52,893 nt of DNA. Source: a virus (Duplodnaviria; Caudoviricetes). The stretch is taken from the IMG/VR virus record IMGVR_UViG_3300032328_000405, positions 1-52,893 of that record. One strand, given 5' to 3'. Shown piece after piece: positions 35,838 to 47,300 of this stretch. The translations under genes and the position numbers were made by a program. The first letter of the stretch is position 1, and each line of letters starts with the position of its first letter. The notes under the pieces are model-generated. The model did not search any database. It was not told where the DNA came from and saw only the letters and a program-made list of their open reading frames with translations.

Positions 35838-36016
35838 CTAACTTTATTCAAAAACAGATTGAGGTCTCTGAGCGTCTTTTCTACGCGATGAAGAAGGACC
35901 ACGAGGAGCGGGTAAATCGGATTGAGGTCTGGCAGAAGACTAGCGATAGTTTGATGGCAAAGCTTGAAGAAAGAGACCGAGAAATTGAACAACTAAGGGC
36001 AAAGATAAATGGCTGA
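35834..36016 (+). CDS. Small coiled-coil protein
   Basis: 60 aa, ATGA coupling. Confidence 0.65.
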   Translation: MTNFIQKQIEVSERLFYAMKKDHEERVNRIEVWQKTSDSLMAKLEERDREIEQLRAKING

Positions 36017-36284
36017 ATATCCAAAGTGTTTTGGAGATAGAAAGCAATATACGGAGTGGGTGAAGTTTGCAAGACACTCCCACCCGCATCCAAATCACGG
36101 TTATTGCGAAGACTGCACCTTAGAATACAAGACAGAAATGTTGAAGCAGAACCGGTGTGAGTTCCCTGAGGTCAAGTTTAAAAAATCTCGCGATGGCGGT
36201 CTTGAGGGTTACCGATCGGCGTCCGAGATCAAGGTACTAAAAGACGTCAGATTCCAAAAATACTTAAAGGAAATCACCGCATGA
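36009..36284 (+). CDS. Hypothetical Cys-containing protein
   Basis: 'PKCF..W..YCEDC..RC..P'. Confidence 0.7.
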   Translation: MAEYPKCFGDRKQYTEWVKFARHSHPHPNHGYCEDCTLEYKTEMLKQNRCEFPEVKFKKSRDGGLEGYRSASEIKVLKDVRFQKYLKEITA

Positions 36285-37033
36285 TCATCAGCAACACGAA
36301 CACCGGCGGGCACTGGTATACCAGGGACGGCGATCCTCAATATACCCAAATGGGACTAAACGGGAAGGAGCGCCCGACGACTCTGCGGGATGCAAGAAAA
36401 AAGGATTTGGTCCCTAGCGTCACTACAATCCTGGGAGTCGTAGCCAAGCCAGCGTTAAACCTTTGGATTCAGAAGCAGGTAATTCTGTCGGCCCTGAAGC
36501 TTCCGAAGGAGCCCGATGAGGCGGTTGATGATTATGTATCTAGGATTATCAAGGATGGGCAGGAGACGTCGCGACAGGCGGCCGCAGAGGGCACTAGAAT
36601 CCACTCAGCGATCGACCACTTCTACGACGAGAAGGAGCCCGTTGAGGCATACGCAGAGCACGTTCAGGGGACCACCTCGACGATCAAGCTTGCTTATGGT
36701 GAGAAGAAATGGATTGCAGAGCGGGCGTTCGCTCATGAGATTGGCTTTGGCGGACGGGTTGACCTTCACGCTGACGGGATTGTCCTTGACGTTAAGACCA
36801 AAGAATTTGAGTCAGAGTCAGAGATCACTAACTTCGACGAGAACCTGATGCAGCTCGCCGCCTACCGGGTTGGCCTGGGTATGCCTCAAGCAGTCTGCGC
36901 TAACGTGTTTGTATCCCGGACTCGGCCAGGACTTGTTAGCATTCAGGAGTGGACGCCGGTTGAACTGGACCGCGGATGGGAGATGTTCTGTCACCTGCTG
37001 CAGTTCTGGCAGATTCGGAACAATTACCTATAG
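36281..37033 (+). CDS. PD-(D/E)XK exonuclease
   Basis: 'PSVTTIL', 'GTRIH', 'E..GRVDL..LDVKT', 'QLAAY'. Confidence 0.88.
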   Translation: MIISNTNTGGHWYTRDGDPQYTQMGLNGKERPTTLRDARKKDLVPSVTTILGVVAKPALNLWIQKQVILSALKLPKEPDEAVDDYVSRIIKDGQETSRQAAAEGTRIHSAIDHFYDEKEPVEAYAEHVQGTTSTIKLAYGEKKWIAERAFAHEIGFGGRVDLHADGIVLDVKTKEFESESEITNFDENLMQLAAYRVGLGMPQAVCANVFVSRTRPGLVSIQEWTPVELDRGWEMFCHLLQFWQIRNNYL

Positions 37034-38463
37034 CGTTCTCGAGCCTGCTTAACGGCCTCGAGCCCAAAAGCTGCAGGAACAGCGATAGGCGCAAGTGGAG
37101 GATACATTGATGCCCCGGTGGCCGCCAATTGAGATGCGGCTATAAGGGCGTCGAGATATTCCTGCCTCTGCAGCGCTTCGTCTATTTCTGCGACGTTCAT
37201 GCCCATTGAAGCACTTGCGGCGCCGTACCCAACTACCGGGAAACGTTTGAATGCTGTTTCTGCAACTCGAGCACCAATCTGGCCTAAAGGGGTTTCTCTA
37301 ACTGACGTCAAAGCCGCTCGAGCACGATTGATTGGACGTTCAGCCTCTAGCCTGGCTGCCCTGGCCCTATTAGTGTCTTCTTCAATTTGAATGAGGCGCT
37401 GCTGATTTGCCTGCTCCTCTACCAGTCTCTGCTGCATCGCCTGCTCTCTTGCAGCGGCGGCCCTTTCGTCGGTTTGTTTACTCAAGCGTTCCCAGATTGC
37501 ATTAGGATCATCGGGGCTAAGTTTTGGGTAAAGCTTGTTGATCCGTTGCGACACTTTAGAGCCGCCCTGCACCTTGCCACGTTGGTACATTGACGCAGAC
37601 TCAGGAACCGATCTAGAGCCCGGCGTCTCAACACCTCGCCAGTTCCTCGACCACTTCTCTCCGCTAGTTCCTCCGGTAGCAGGGGCCTCAGGAAGGGCAC
37701 CGGATGGAAGTCGTAGCTGAGGCTCTCGCCTTTCGAGAGTAGATCTCCGCTGTGATTCCATTTGAGCGTACTGAGCCCGAGCCCTTTCACGAGCCATCTC
37801 CTCGCGCATAGCACGAGTATCCGCCCTGTTCAATCTGGACTCTGCAAAGCCATACCCGGCACCTAAAACGGCCCCGGTAGCCGCAGCCATCTCCTTGTTC
37901 TTCTGAGCCTCTACAGCAGGATCGGCCGCCTCCTGTGTATAGATAGTGGCCTCTGGGGTCGGCTCATTAGGCTCTGGCTCAACTTCAACCGGCTGCTTAG
38001 GCTCGTTTGGTGTCGGCTCCCCCTCTCCGAACCCACCATAGCCATTTATCTTGGCGATGTAATTCTGAGTCTCTTCCGGCAGGTCACCCTTTCCAGTCTT
38101 AAAGAAGGAATGATTCGGGCCGGCGTTATACATTCCCGCGGCCATCATCGAGTCACCATTACTGCGAGACAGGAAGTCCTTTAGAACCGAGACCCCGGCC
38201 TCAATGTTCTTCTCCGGGTCTGTCAGGTCTTGACGACTGAACCCGTACTCTTTCCCTGTCCCAGGCATGACCTGCATGATCCCAACGGCGCCTTTAGGGC
38301 TCAGGATGACCTTACCATTCTGGTCGTACTGACGGAACCCGTTCTCTGCAAAGGCCAACGAAAGCGCGAGGTTTACAGGGACCCCCTGAGCCTGGGCCTG
38401 TTCCCGGATCATCTCTACTACGCGCTTCTGACCTTCGTCTAAGTTATCTAAGTAGTTTGCCAT
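37024..38463 (-). CDS. Internal virion protein with N-terminal lytic transglycosylase (SLT) domain
   Basis: 'AENGF', 'SPKGAVGIMQVMPGT', 'NIEAG', 'YNAGP', 'ETQNY'. Confidence 0.88.
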   Translation of the reverse strand: MANYLDNLDEGQKRVVEMIREQAQAQGVPVNLALSLAFAENGFRQYDQNGKVILSPKGAVGIMQVMPGTGKEYGFSRQDLTDPEKNIEAGVSVLKDFLSRSNGDSMMAAGMYNAGPNHSFFKTGKGDLPEETQNYIAKINGYGGFGEGEPTPNEPKQPVEVEPEPNEPTPEATIYTQEAADPAVEAQKNKEMAAATGAVLGAGYGFAESRLNRADTRAMREEMARERARAQYAQMESQRRSTLERREPQLRLPSGALPEAPATGGTSGEKWSRNWRGVETPGSRSVPESASMYQRGKVQGGSKVSQRINKLYPKLSPDDPNAIWERLSKQTDERAAAAREQAMQQRLVEEQANQQRLIQIEEDTNRARAARLEAERPINRARAALTSVRETPLGQIGARVAETAFKRFPVVGYGAASASMGMNVAEIDEALQRQEYLDALIAASQLAATGASMYPPLAPIAVPAAFGLEAVKQARERYR

Positions 38464-40325
38464 TACTGAACCGCCTTGTTTGCATAGTCCTTCAGCTTGC
38501 TGCGAACGGTCGTCAACACCGCCTCATCCTTAGGCTTTTCGGTTGGCATAGGTCCGAGTCCGATCGACTTCTTAATCTTCTTCAAATCCTCTGAGTAGTC
38601 GTTCTCAATCGTGTCGTAGGCTTTGCTGCGGTTGAACTGCTCGATGGTCCCTTCAGGATTCTTGTCGCGCCAGGACTGGAACGTCTTGATATAACGCTCG
38701 TTCATGTTCGCCTGGGCGTAGGCCAGCTGAGACTTAAACAGCAAAGCGTTCGGTGGATCTTTGTACACTAGGCCGTTGATGTCCTGGACGATCGCCCGCT
38801 CCATGTTCGTAACGGTACCCTGCCCCTTAAGGTAAGTTTGAGAGTTTAAAAGTTCCGCTCTGCGCAGGAGGCTGCCGGCTACGTTCAATTGATCGATAAC
38901 CTCTTTCGGGGCGTCTACCTGAACGATCGCCTTATCGAAGTTTGTAATCGCAACCTGGTACCCGCCTACGTTCAGGCCGCCGCTGACAAGCTCTCCGATT
39001 GCAGCCCTGACGCCAGGCTTCGCAGTCGGCCCCAGAACCTTCTGAACGTCCTTCTTGTTGAAGATGTCAATAAGCGTTTTGGTGTCGTTCTTCTGTTCTC
39101 TGAGCGCAGGGATCTTAGAAACAAGGTCCTCTTGGCGCTTCTGCTCGGCTTTTTGTTTGTCAATGTTGACTTGTTTTTTGGCCTCTATATCAGCCAGCTC
39201 TTGTGCTTTCTGTACGTCTCGCTCTCCTTGCGAAAGAACCTTAGGCGCTCCAGGCTTGCCGGTTGCGTTGGTAATGTTTGCAAATATTTCACCAACTTTT
39301 TGAGAGTTTTTATTCAAGACTGCGTTGTTAAATTCACTTGCGGTCGCAGGATCGGTGTCGTAAGTTTTTCCGTTGAAAACAATACTATTCCCGCCCCTAG
39401 CAAGGACCAGCCTTGGCGTACCAGACGAGATGTCAACGATGCCATCCTCAGTCTTAACCAGGTTGCCTTGTTTGGTTTTGTTGACTGCGTCGTCAAGCTG
39501 CCCTTGGTCAACCTTCAGCTTTGCCTCTTTAACGGCAATGTCTCGAGCATCAATCTGTCGCTTCTGAACAGCGGCGTCAAACTTTTGCCCTTTTTCAATC
39601 GCGTCTTGAATTGAAACACCCTGACGGAATGCATATTCGGCCATATTCCGACCTTCTTCCGTCATCCCCAAAATAAGCTGCTCTTGAGCAGGCGAGACTT
39701 TCGCTTGGGGAGGGGCTGAGAGTGGCGCAGGAGATGGTGCTTGAGGGGGCGCAGCAAGAGGAGGAGGCTGGTAAGGTTTAAAGACTAGCTCTGGCGTTGG
39801 GGTGCCAGTGGTCTTGATTGGTTGCATTGGAGGTAATTCGCCCTGTGTGGCCACTTCCAATGGACGCTGAACAATCCCTGGAGCAGGCGCCGCACCGATC
39901 GCAGACGTTAAGGCGCCACCCTCTGCAGGCGGTGGTACCGGTAGAGCGCCGGCGGGTGGCTGTCCTGGTAAAGCAGCGGCAGGCGGCTGGTTACCACGGA
40001 GAAGTGCAAGGCCCTCTGCTTGGTTTTTACGCTGCTGCTCAATGGTAAGCAGCTCTTTGTTGATGTCGAATCGAGCTTTGTTCTCTTCGATGTTCCGCTT
40101 GAATTCTTCTTCTTGCGACTTGCCGACAGCCCCAGCAACATTACCTAATGCCTCAAATGCGCTACCTGTTTTTGTTGGAGTCAAAAAAGCTTGGGCAGCG
40201 GCCAGATAGGAAGGATCAAAGAAGCGATTCTTCCTTTGGTCCAGAGATTCAACAAGCTTTTGATACGCCTCCTCTAGGCGAGCCTGGTAATCTGGATCGG
40301 TAAGCTGGGTGCCTTTATTAGCCAT
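38463..40325 (-). CDS. Putative DNA ejection protein
   Basis: Helical, Pro-rich linker, 'GQGTVTNMER' pattern; located in the ejection cluster. Confidence 0.65.
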   Translation of the reverse strand: MANKGTQLTDPDYQARLEEAYQKLVESLDQRKNRFFDPSYLAAAQAFLTPTKTGSAFEALGNVAGAVGKSQEEEFKRNIEENKARFDINKELLTIEQQRKNQAEGLALLRGNQPPAAALPGQPPAGALPVPPPAEGGALTSAIGAAPAPGIVQRPLEVATQGELPPMQPIKTTGTPTPELVFKPYQPPPLAAPPQAPSPAPLSAPPQAKVSPAQEQLILGMTEEGRNMAEYAFRQGVSIQDAIEKGQKFDAAVQKRQIDARDIAVKEAKLKVDQGQLDDAVNKTKQGNLVKTEDGIVDISSGTPRLVLARGGNSIVFNGKTYDTDPATASEFNNAVLNKNSQKVGEIFANITNATGKPGAPKVLSQGERDVQKAQELADIEAKKQVNIDKQKAEQKRQEDLVSKIPALREQKNDTKTLIDIFNKKDVQKVLGPTAKPGVRAAIGELVSGGLNVGGYQVAITNFDKAIVQVDAPKEVIDQLNVAGSLLRRAELLNSQTYLKGQGTVTNMERAIVQDINGLVYKDPPNALLFKSQLAYAQANMNERYIKTFQSWRDKNPEGTIEQFNRSKAYDTIENDYSEDLKKIKKSIGLGPMPTEKPKDEAVLTTVRSKLKDYANKAVQ

Positions 40326-40336
40326 AAACAACTCTC

Positions 40337-41314
40337 TTAAAGAGCGCCTTCTTCGTTTTCGTAATTAGCGGTATAGAACGGGCTTCTTGTATCACTTGAA
40401 TTGAAATATGGCAAAAGTTTATCAACGCCAACATTCCATAAACTTCCAAGAGATGATAGTTGCGATGAAGAAAGTCCAAATGCATCAGTGTTACCCCCTC
40501 CAATAATTGAAGCGAGGCCACCAATTTTCTGAAGGTCACTCAATCCAAACTGCCCTTGAGTGCCAGGCTTGACTGTGGTCTGAGTTTTTTCCGTTGGGAC
40601 TTGATAGCCACGCAGCAATCCAGCAACGTTACTCGCCGTAGCAAGAGGCGCCTCAAGCTTTTGTTGCTCATATTTCTGCTTTTCTGCGCCGGCTTTTCTT
40701 AATGCCTCAGATTCGTTCAATCCTAAGGTCTGGGCCTGGGTAGCAAGATCACTCTGAAGCTTGCCTGCCTGCGTTTGGTTCTGCTGCTCTTTCAAAAGGG
40801 CTTGTACGGCGTTTTCATAGCCGCTTGAGAGTAGCTTGCCTTGTTCCCCGGCTAGGTTTGCAGATACGTCCGTCATCGCCTGACCAAGGGCGCCAGCGTA
40901 ACGTGAAGACCCAAGAGCGCCGGAGCCGACAAAGCCACCAGTAATCTGCGGCAGGATATTGCGCTGGAGGGCGTTCCCAGACTGCCTGGCAAGCTCTTGA
41001 ACAACGTTAGCTGTGTAGGGGTTCATCAGCTGCTGCAGGCGCTCTGGAGTGATTCCAGCGGCTGCTGCGTTTGCTGTTGTAGTGGCGCTCGCAAGTCCAG
41101 GCTGATAAGCACCGGCCGCACCCGCTACCTTTTCATAACCCTGCGTTTGCATCGGGTCATAGCCTGCGACCAGCTGATCAGCAGTCTTCTTTAAATAGTC
41201 TTGCCCAGTAGTGGATAGACCAGTAACCGTCTTGTTGTACCAGTCCGGCGCAGTCTCTTTGGCTGTCTGCGTCTCAGTTACGTTTGGCAGCGCACCACCT
41301 TGAAAAAATGACAT
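40337..41314 (-). CDS. Putative DNA ejection (pilot) protein
   Basis: Q/A/G-rich; 'MNPY..V', 'GALGSSR'; G-rich hydrophobic C-terminus. Confidence 0.7.
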   Translation of the reverse strand: MSFFQGGALPNVTETQTAKETAPDWYNKTVTGLSTTGQDYLKKTADQLVAGYDPMQTQGYEKVAGAAGAYQPGLASATTTANAAAAGITPERLQQLMNPYTANVVQELARQSGNALQRNILPQITGGFVGSGALGSSRYAGALGQAMTDVSANLAGEQGKLLSSGYENAVQALLKEQQNQTQAGKLQSDLATQAQTLGLNESEALRKAGAEKQKYEQQKLEAPLATASNVAGLLRGYQVPTEKTQTTVKPGTQGQFGLSDLQKIGGLASIIGGGNTDAFGLSSSQLSSLGSLWNVGVDKLLPYFNSSDTRSPFYTANYENEEGAL

Positions 41315-44300
41315 TACTTTCTCCGCTTCATATATTCGAGTGGTGACAGGGCTTTAGGCGGCAAATCCTTCGGGGCTGCCTTCCTAGCTCGAGCGCGGAT
41401 GTTGTGCATCATTTTATACAACTGCTCGCTCCCGGCCTTAGTGGAACCATTCCCTAGCGCAGCCACAACGTCAGCAGGGAAAACAAACTCCCCGTCTGCA
41501 AGCATGGCCGGAATATCGTCGGATTGGCCATCGCCAGGGCCAGAAACGGCATCTCCGCGACGGTAATCTGTTCTCATTTTACCCGATTTATAGAGCTTTT
41601 TAAACGGGTCTGCTAATCCGCCCTTTGCAAAGGCCATCTCTTCAACTTCAGGCTCTTCGGTCCCTAGAATCTCGTCAATCGAAGGGGCCTCGCCGTATTC
41701 GTAATATTGCTGTTTGGGCATTGGAGCCTCCGGTTGGGTAACTTCTGGTGCAGTGTTCTGCTCGACTTTAGCAAAAAATTGATCAAGTATGCCCCGGTAT
41801 CCCGGTTTTCCGCCAATAACCATCGGGCTAATTTCTAAAAATGGCGTTGCTGCCGCGACACCAGCTGCAATTTTCGGCATAGAAAACTGAAAGCCAGCTC
41901 TTCGTCGAGGAATACTTATCGTCAGGCTTGGTTTAGTAGACGTAACCGAAGCAGTGGTAGTAATCGAAGCAGTAGGCGTAACAGAAACAGTAGGCGTAAC
42001 CGAAACAGTAGGCGTAACCGAAACAGTTGTTGTAATTGAGGCAGTGGGGGTAATTGTTGAGGTAATCGTTGAGGTAAGGGTCGGTGTAATGGTTACGCTA
42101 GAGGTCAGTGTAGAAGTTGGCGTAGGGACCGTCGGCAATACATCAACGGAAACATCTGTGCTGGTTTTAACGGAAACGTCTGTGCTGGTTGTGACCGAAA
42201 CTTCTGGACTAGTAGTAACCGAAACTTCTGGGCTAGTAGTAACCGAAACTTCTGGGCTAGTAGTAACCGAAACCTTTTGACTGGTGGTAACTGAAACTTC
42301 TGGACTAGTGGTAACTGAAACTTCCGGCCTGGTAGTAACAGTAACTTCTGGACTAGTAGTAACTGAAACTTCTGGGCTAGTGGTAGCCGTAACTTCTGGG
42401 GTAACCGAAACTTCTTGACTAGTGGTAACTGAAACTTCTGGACTGGTAGTAGCAGTAACTTCTGGGGTCACTGAAACTTCTGGAGTAACCGTGACTTCTG
42501 GGCTAGTGGTAACAGTAACTTCCGGGGTAACCGTAACTTCTGGGCTAGTGGTAACTGAAACTTGTTTACTAGTTGTGACCGTAACTTCTGGGTTAACCGT
42601 AACTTCTTTGCTAGTTGTAACCGTAATTTCTGGACTAGTGGTAACTGAAACTTGTTTGCTAGTTGTAACAGTAACTTTTGTCTCTGGAATGACACTAACT
42701 TTATCTGCAGAAGCTTTTTCTATAGAAGCCTTGGTTTTAGATACTTTGTCAGCAGAAACTTTTTCTACAGAGGCTCTGTAGGTGGAAGCTTTATCTATTG
42801 AAGCTTTTTTCACAGAAAGCTTTACAGACTCAGAAACCGATGCCTTGCTAGCAGAAACTTTTTCTACAGATTCCCTGTAAACAGACGCCCTGTCGATTGA
42901 AGCCTTTTCTGCGGAAAGCTTTACAGACCGGGAAATAGACGCCTTATCAGCGGAGGCCTTACTTACAGATGCTTTGTAAATAGAATTTTTTTCTGCTGAC
43001 GCTTTTTCTGTTGAGGCCTTTTCTAACGAAACCTTTTCTGCAGAAACACTTCTTAGTGATGCCTTTTCTTTTTGTGTTTTATCAACCATTTCTTTGTCAA
43101 AAGATGACTTATCCCTGGATGCCTTTTCAACAGAAAGTTTATCAGCAGATTTTTTTTCTGCGGACAATTTTGCTATAGAAGCTTTATCTTCAGATGCCTT
43201 TGCCAAAGAGTTGCTAACGGAAGCCTTTGCCACGGAAGCTTTTTCGGCGGAAACTTTATCTATAGAAGCTTTATCTTCAGATGCCTTTATCAAAGAAGCA
43301 CTGACAGAGGCTTTTGCCATAGAAGTCTTTTCTGCAGACGCTTTGCTTGTAGAAGCTTTTTCTTCAGAGACTTTCGCCAAAGAAGCGCTAACAGAAGCTT
43401 TGGCCACAGAGGCTTTTTCTGTAGAAACTTTATTAACAGAGGCCTTTTCTATGGAGGCCTTGTCTATAGAGGCTTTTGTTATAGAAGCTTTTTCTGTAGA
43501 CGCCTTGTCTATAGAAGCTTTTGTTATAGAAGCCTTTTCTGTAGACGCCTTGGAAACAGATAAGTCAACAGAAGCTTTGTCCACAGAGGCTTTTTCTGTA
43601 GAAACTTTATCAACAGAGGCCTTTTCTGTGGAAGCCTTGCTAGTGGAAGCCTCCGCTAAAGCCTTAAATTCAACCGCAGCTTGTTTTAAAACATCTTCCT
43701 CTTTCCCCGATCCTGCATATTTGGCGGCCACCTCTTCGGGCACCACAAAGTTGTTGAACTGCTTTGCAATGTTCTGCAACTCATCTCGAGATACATACGT
43801 TGGATCTATTGCAGCCCTAGCATTTTCTAGCGCTCGCTCTTGGGTTTCGCCCGCCCCAACTAAAGACTTGTAAACTTGTTCAGTTGGATTTCCTGCTCCT
43901 TCCGCCTGATACATCTCATCAACTTCTTCAGGCGTAATGGCAAATTTTGAATTGGCACTGTTTGCAATGTAAGCAATCAGACTTGGATCGGTAACTCCAC
44001 TTGCCTTTGCCGCATCCGAAATAGAAGAAATTGCTTTGGCTGAACTGACAGCGTCATTAGGGTCAACTTTCTGACCTTGAGCGACAGCTATTGCAACATC
44101 AGGGTTTGTGAAAATAGCAAGGTTTCCCTTCAACCCAGCCACAGAAGCTATTGTGCCTCCGGTAAGACCCCCGACTAAACCAGCAAAAGCTGCCTGTGCT
44201 AAATTTTTTCCTGGGTCAACTTCAAGACCGTTCGTTGCTTTATAAATGTCTGCAACCAAAGCGGGAACTGCGTCTTCAACTGCCTCTTCCCTTGCCTCCC

Positions 44301-47300
44301 CAGTCGTTGTTTTTCTGACTGTAGATACATATCTGTTTAAAGCGTCTTGAGCGTTTTGTCCAGCGGGCGTATCTCCGTTTTTAACCAAAATCTTTGATAA
44401 TAAATTTGAAGAATCCTTGTTGCCTTTTGCTTGCAAGGCTGTAGAGGTAACAAGTGTTGCCGCAGCAACTGACATTCCTGCAGTCATGGCCATTTCTGCC
44501 GCTTCAGCCGGGCTTTTCCCGCTTTTTATTGCCGCAGAATAGACATCTTTATAAGTAGTATCAAATCCCCCGACTGCGCCAGCAAAGGTTTCGGAGCCCT
44601 CTGCAACCACTACCCCAGCCCGACGGCCAATAAAAGAAGCAAGCTCCTTTGTTGCACCGTATGACCTAGCGGCAGAGGTTGCGTACTTCGCAGCTGCAAT
44701 ACCAAGCCCGCCGGTAAGCGCCTCACTTACAACTTCTTGTCCAACAAAGTGGAATAAAATAGCTTTCGGATTTTCAAAAAGATTTTCTGCAATTGCGGCC
44801 GCGGTGCCGGAAAACCCCTTTGCCCCAGCGACGTCTCCGGTTATTTTATCTAAAGCTGCCTGTGATTCCGGAGTCCTTACCTTATCACTAAGTTTTGATA
44901 GAGAGTCTGATAACTTTCCAGCGGCTGTGTTTTTAGCATCAACCCCCAAAGCCGAAGAAATTAAAGCAAAAGTCTTCGCGGCATCAGCTCCGCCGCTTAA
45001 AAGTACTGATACGGCATCCCTGACAACGCTAGGAGTCTTATCTTTTAAACTGTCAACAATTCCGGCTGCAGATTTAAAAATTTCAGATTCTTGTTTATCC
45101 AGAGAGGCGGGCCGAAGGTTTGCTGGGATACTTTTTATAGTTGAAAGATAAGCAGTTGGGTCAATTTTTTTTATTTCGTCAGGGTCGGATATTCCGTACT
45201 TCTGGTCCCGAACTCGAGCGCTCTGAATTTGAACCCATACATAACTGCCGTCCGGGTTGCGGAGCATTGTGGCAGTTCTCTCCTTGTAAATCTGATCCGG
45301 CGTAGCAAACTTTGCCCCAGTTGGAAGTTCAAAAACACTAAGAGGAGGTGGGTCCCAGGAGCCATAGACCTTTGATAGAGCAGGCGCCTTGTCCTTGACA
45401 ATGGTTGTCTTTGCTAACGCTTCAGGCGGCGTGTTAACCGTATAAACCGCGCCATCTTCTCCGGTCACCTGGAATGTCTTTTGTCCTTTTTTTCCAGCTT
45501 CATACGCTGCGGTAGCCCACTCCCTAGCTGCAGATGGCTTGACCGTAAAACTAGAAGGGGTCTGGTCGCCGTAGTCGCTATAGGCATCAGCAAGGTCATT
45601 AACGACGTCCTGGTTAAGCATCGAAGCAGGCACATTTGCAGCCTTCGATAAACCATCAGCAATCCCCTGATTATCAGACAGGTCCTTTAGCTTTTGCTCC
45701 GACTTGTTGATCGGCTGCGACATTCCAGAAGATAGCCAATGGTCGTAACTGTCCTCTGGTGGATTTCCATGCAAGTCTGAATATTGTTTTGCATCAAATT
45801 CTGGAGCTAAAGACTTTACAAAAGAAATTTTAGTTTGGTCGTTTAGCTTGTCGTTGTACTCTTTAAGGTTTGACCCCGCCGCAGCAAGGTCAGATTTGAG
45901 TGCGTTAAATTGTTCTACACTCTTTGGGATCGAAGCCTTTAAAGTGTCAAGTTCTCTATTTAGTTCGCCAGTTTCGTCTTTGAACTTGTTCCATCTGTTT
46001 TGTAGCGAGGAAGATGCAATTGAATATCTTTCGTTCGCCTTGTTAAGGGTGTCGATTTGATTATTTATTTCTCCAAGACCGGCCCCAGACTCAATCAAGC
46101 TATAGTAGTCACTGGTAGCCTTTTCTTGCGCTTTTTGAGCATCATTAAACTCAGTCATTGCTGGGTCTAGTTGGCTCTTGATTGTCGAAAGCCTTTCCTG
46201 AAGTACAGACTGCCTGTTCTGACTTGCGGTAATAGTATCTACAAGACCATCTAAATCCGCCGCAGACTTTTCAACAAAAGAAGACAGATCCCCAGATGTT
46301 TTTATTTTTTGTTGAGCGCCTGTGCTTAGATTTTTTTTAAGACTCTCAACTCCGGACCTTGCGAGTTGATTGAAGGAATCCTGCCCGGCCTTAACCATTG
46401 TTTTTATTAGGGCCTGATCAATCGGTTTATTTTGAATTAAAGCCGTTGCAGTATTTGAAATCCCGGAAACCAACAACCTTTCTTGCTGTGGCGTTAACCC
46501 GAGCCCCTTGACAGAATCCGTAATAATTCCCGAGGCTGTAATCGCAGACTGAATTACAGCGGCGGTTACTGGTTGCTTGCTTAGTTTTGCCTCTACCGCA
46601 TCCGCAATTATTTGTTGAGATCCGGGAGACAACTTGCCAAAATCAGAAACCTGACCCAGAACGTAAGGGATGGCTGCGCCAACACCTGCCTCTGCAAAAG
46701 TCTTTAAAACATCTCCAGCGTCTCCGGTCCTGACAATTGACTGGATTGTGTTTTTTGTGCCACTGACAACCGTCTGTTTGATTACATTTGCAACATCCCC
46801 TTTGCCAAAGGTAGAATCAATAACGCCGCCAATCTCCTTGCCTACCAAGTTTCCTAAATAATCGCCGGCGAATCCCTTTGCAAAAGACTCAAAAATGTCA
46901 CCAACGTCTCCAATTTTGTTGGCGGCGGCCTGAATTGCTGTAGAGATAACGGCAGTTCCAAATGCACCAGCCGCGGCTCCACTAAGGCCAGCAGCGGCCC
47001 CTATCAGTCCCCCAACACCAGTAAGTGAAACCCCAAGGAAAAGGATTGGGGCAATTTTGTTCCAATCGCTTGAATCAGACCACTGCGGAGACGGGGCAAA
47101 TAGAGTTGTTCCGTTGGCCTGCTTTACTGGCTGGAGGCTGTAGTCGGTCCACCCCTCCCCCTCTCCAGTCGAACCAAACTTGGCAGGAATCTCCTTCCCG
47201 TTTAGTTTGTTTATTGTTACTTCATAAGCCGGCTTTGTAGGAATCAGTTTTGATGTATATACCGGCTCATATTTGTATTTGGTAACGTAACCTGTGCCGT

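Noticed and set aside
36281-37033. Cas4/CRISPR-associated nuclease
   Set aside because: It lacks the Fe-S cysteine cluster and any cas or array context; an ordinary phage PD-(D/E)XK exonuclease
41930-43656. CRISPR array or non-coding satellite
   Set aside because: Units are multiples of 3, degenerate at synonymous sites, lack unique spacers and lie in an open frame
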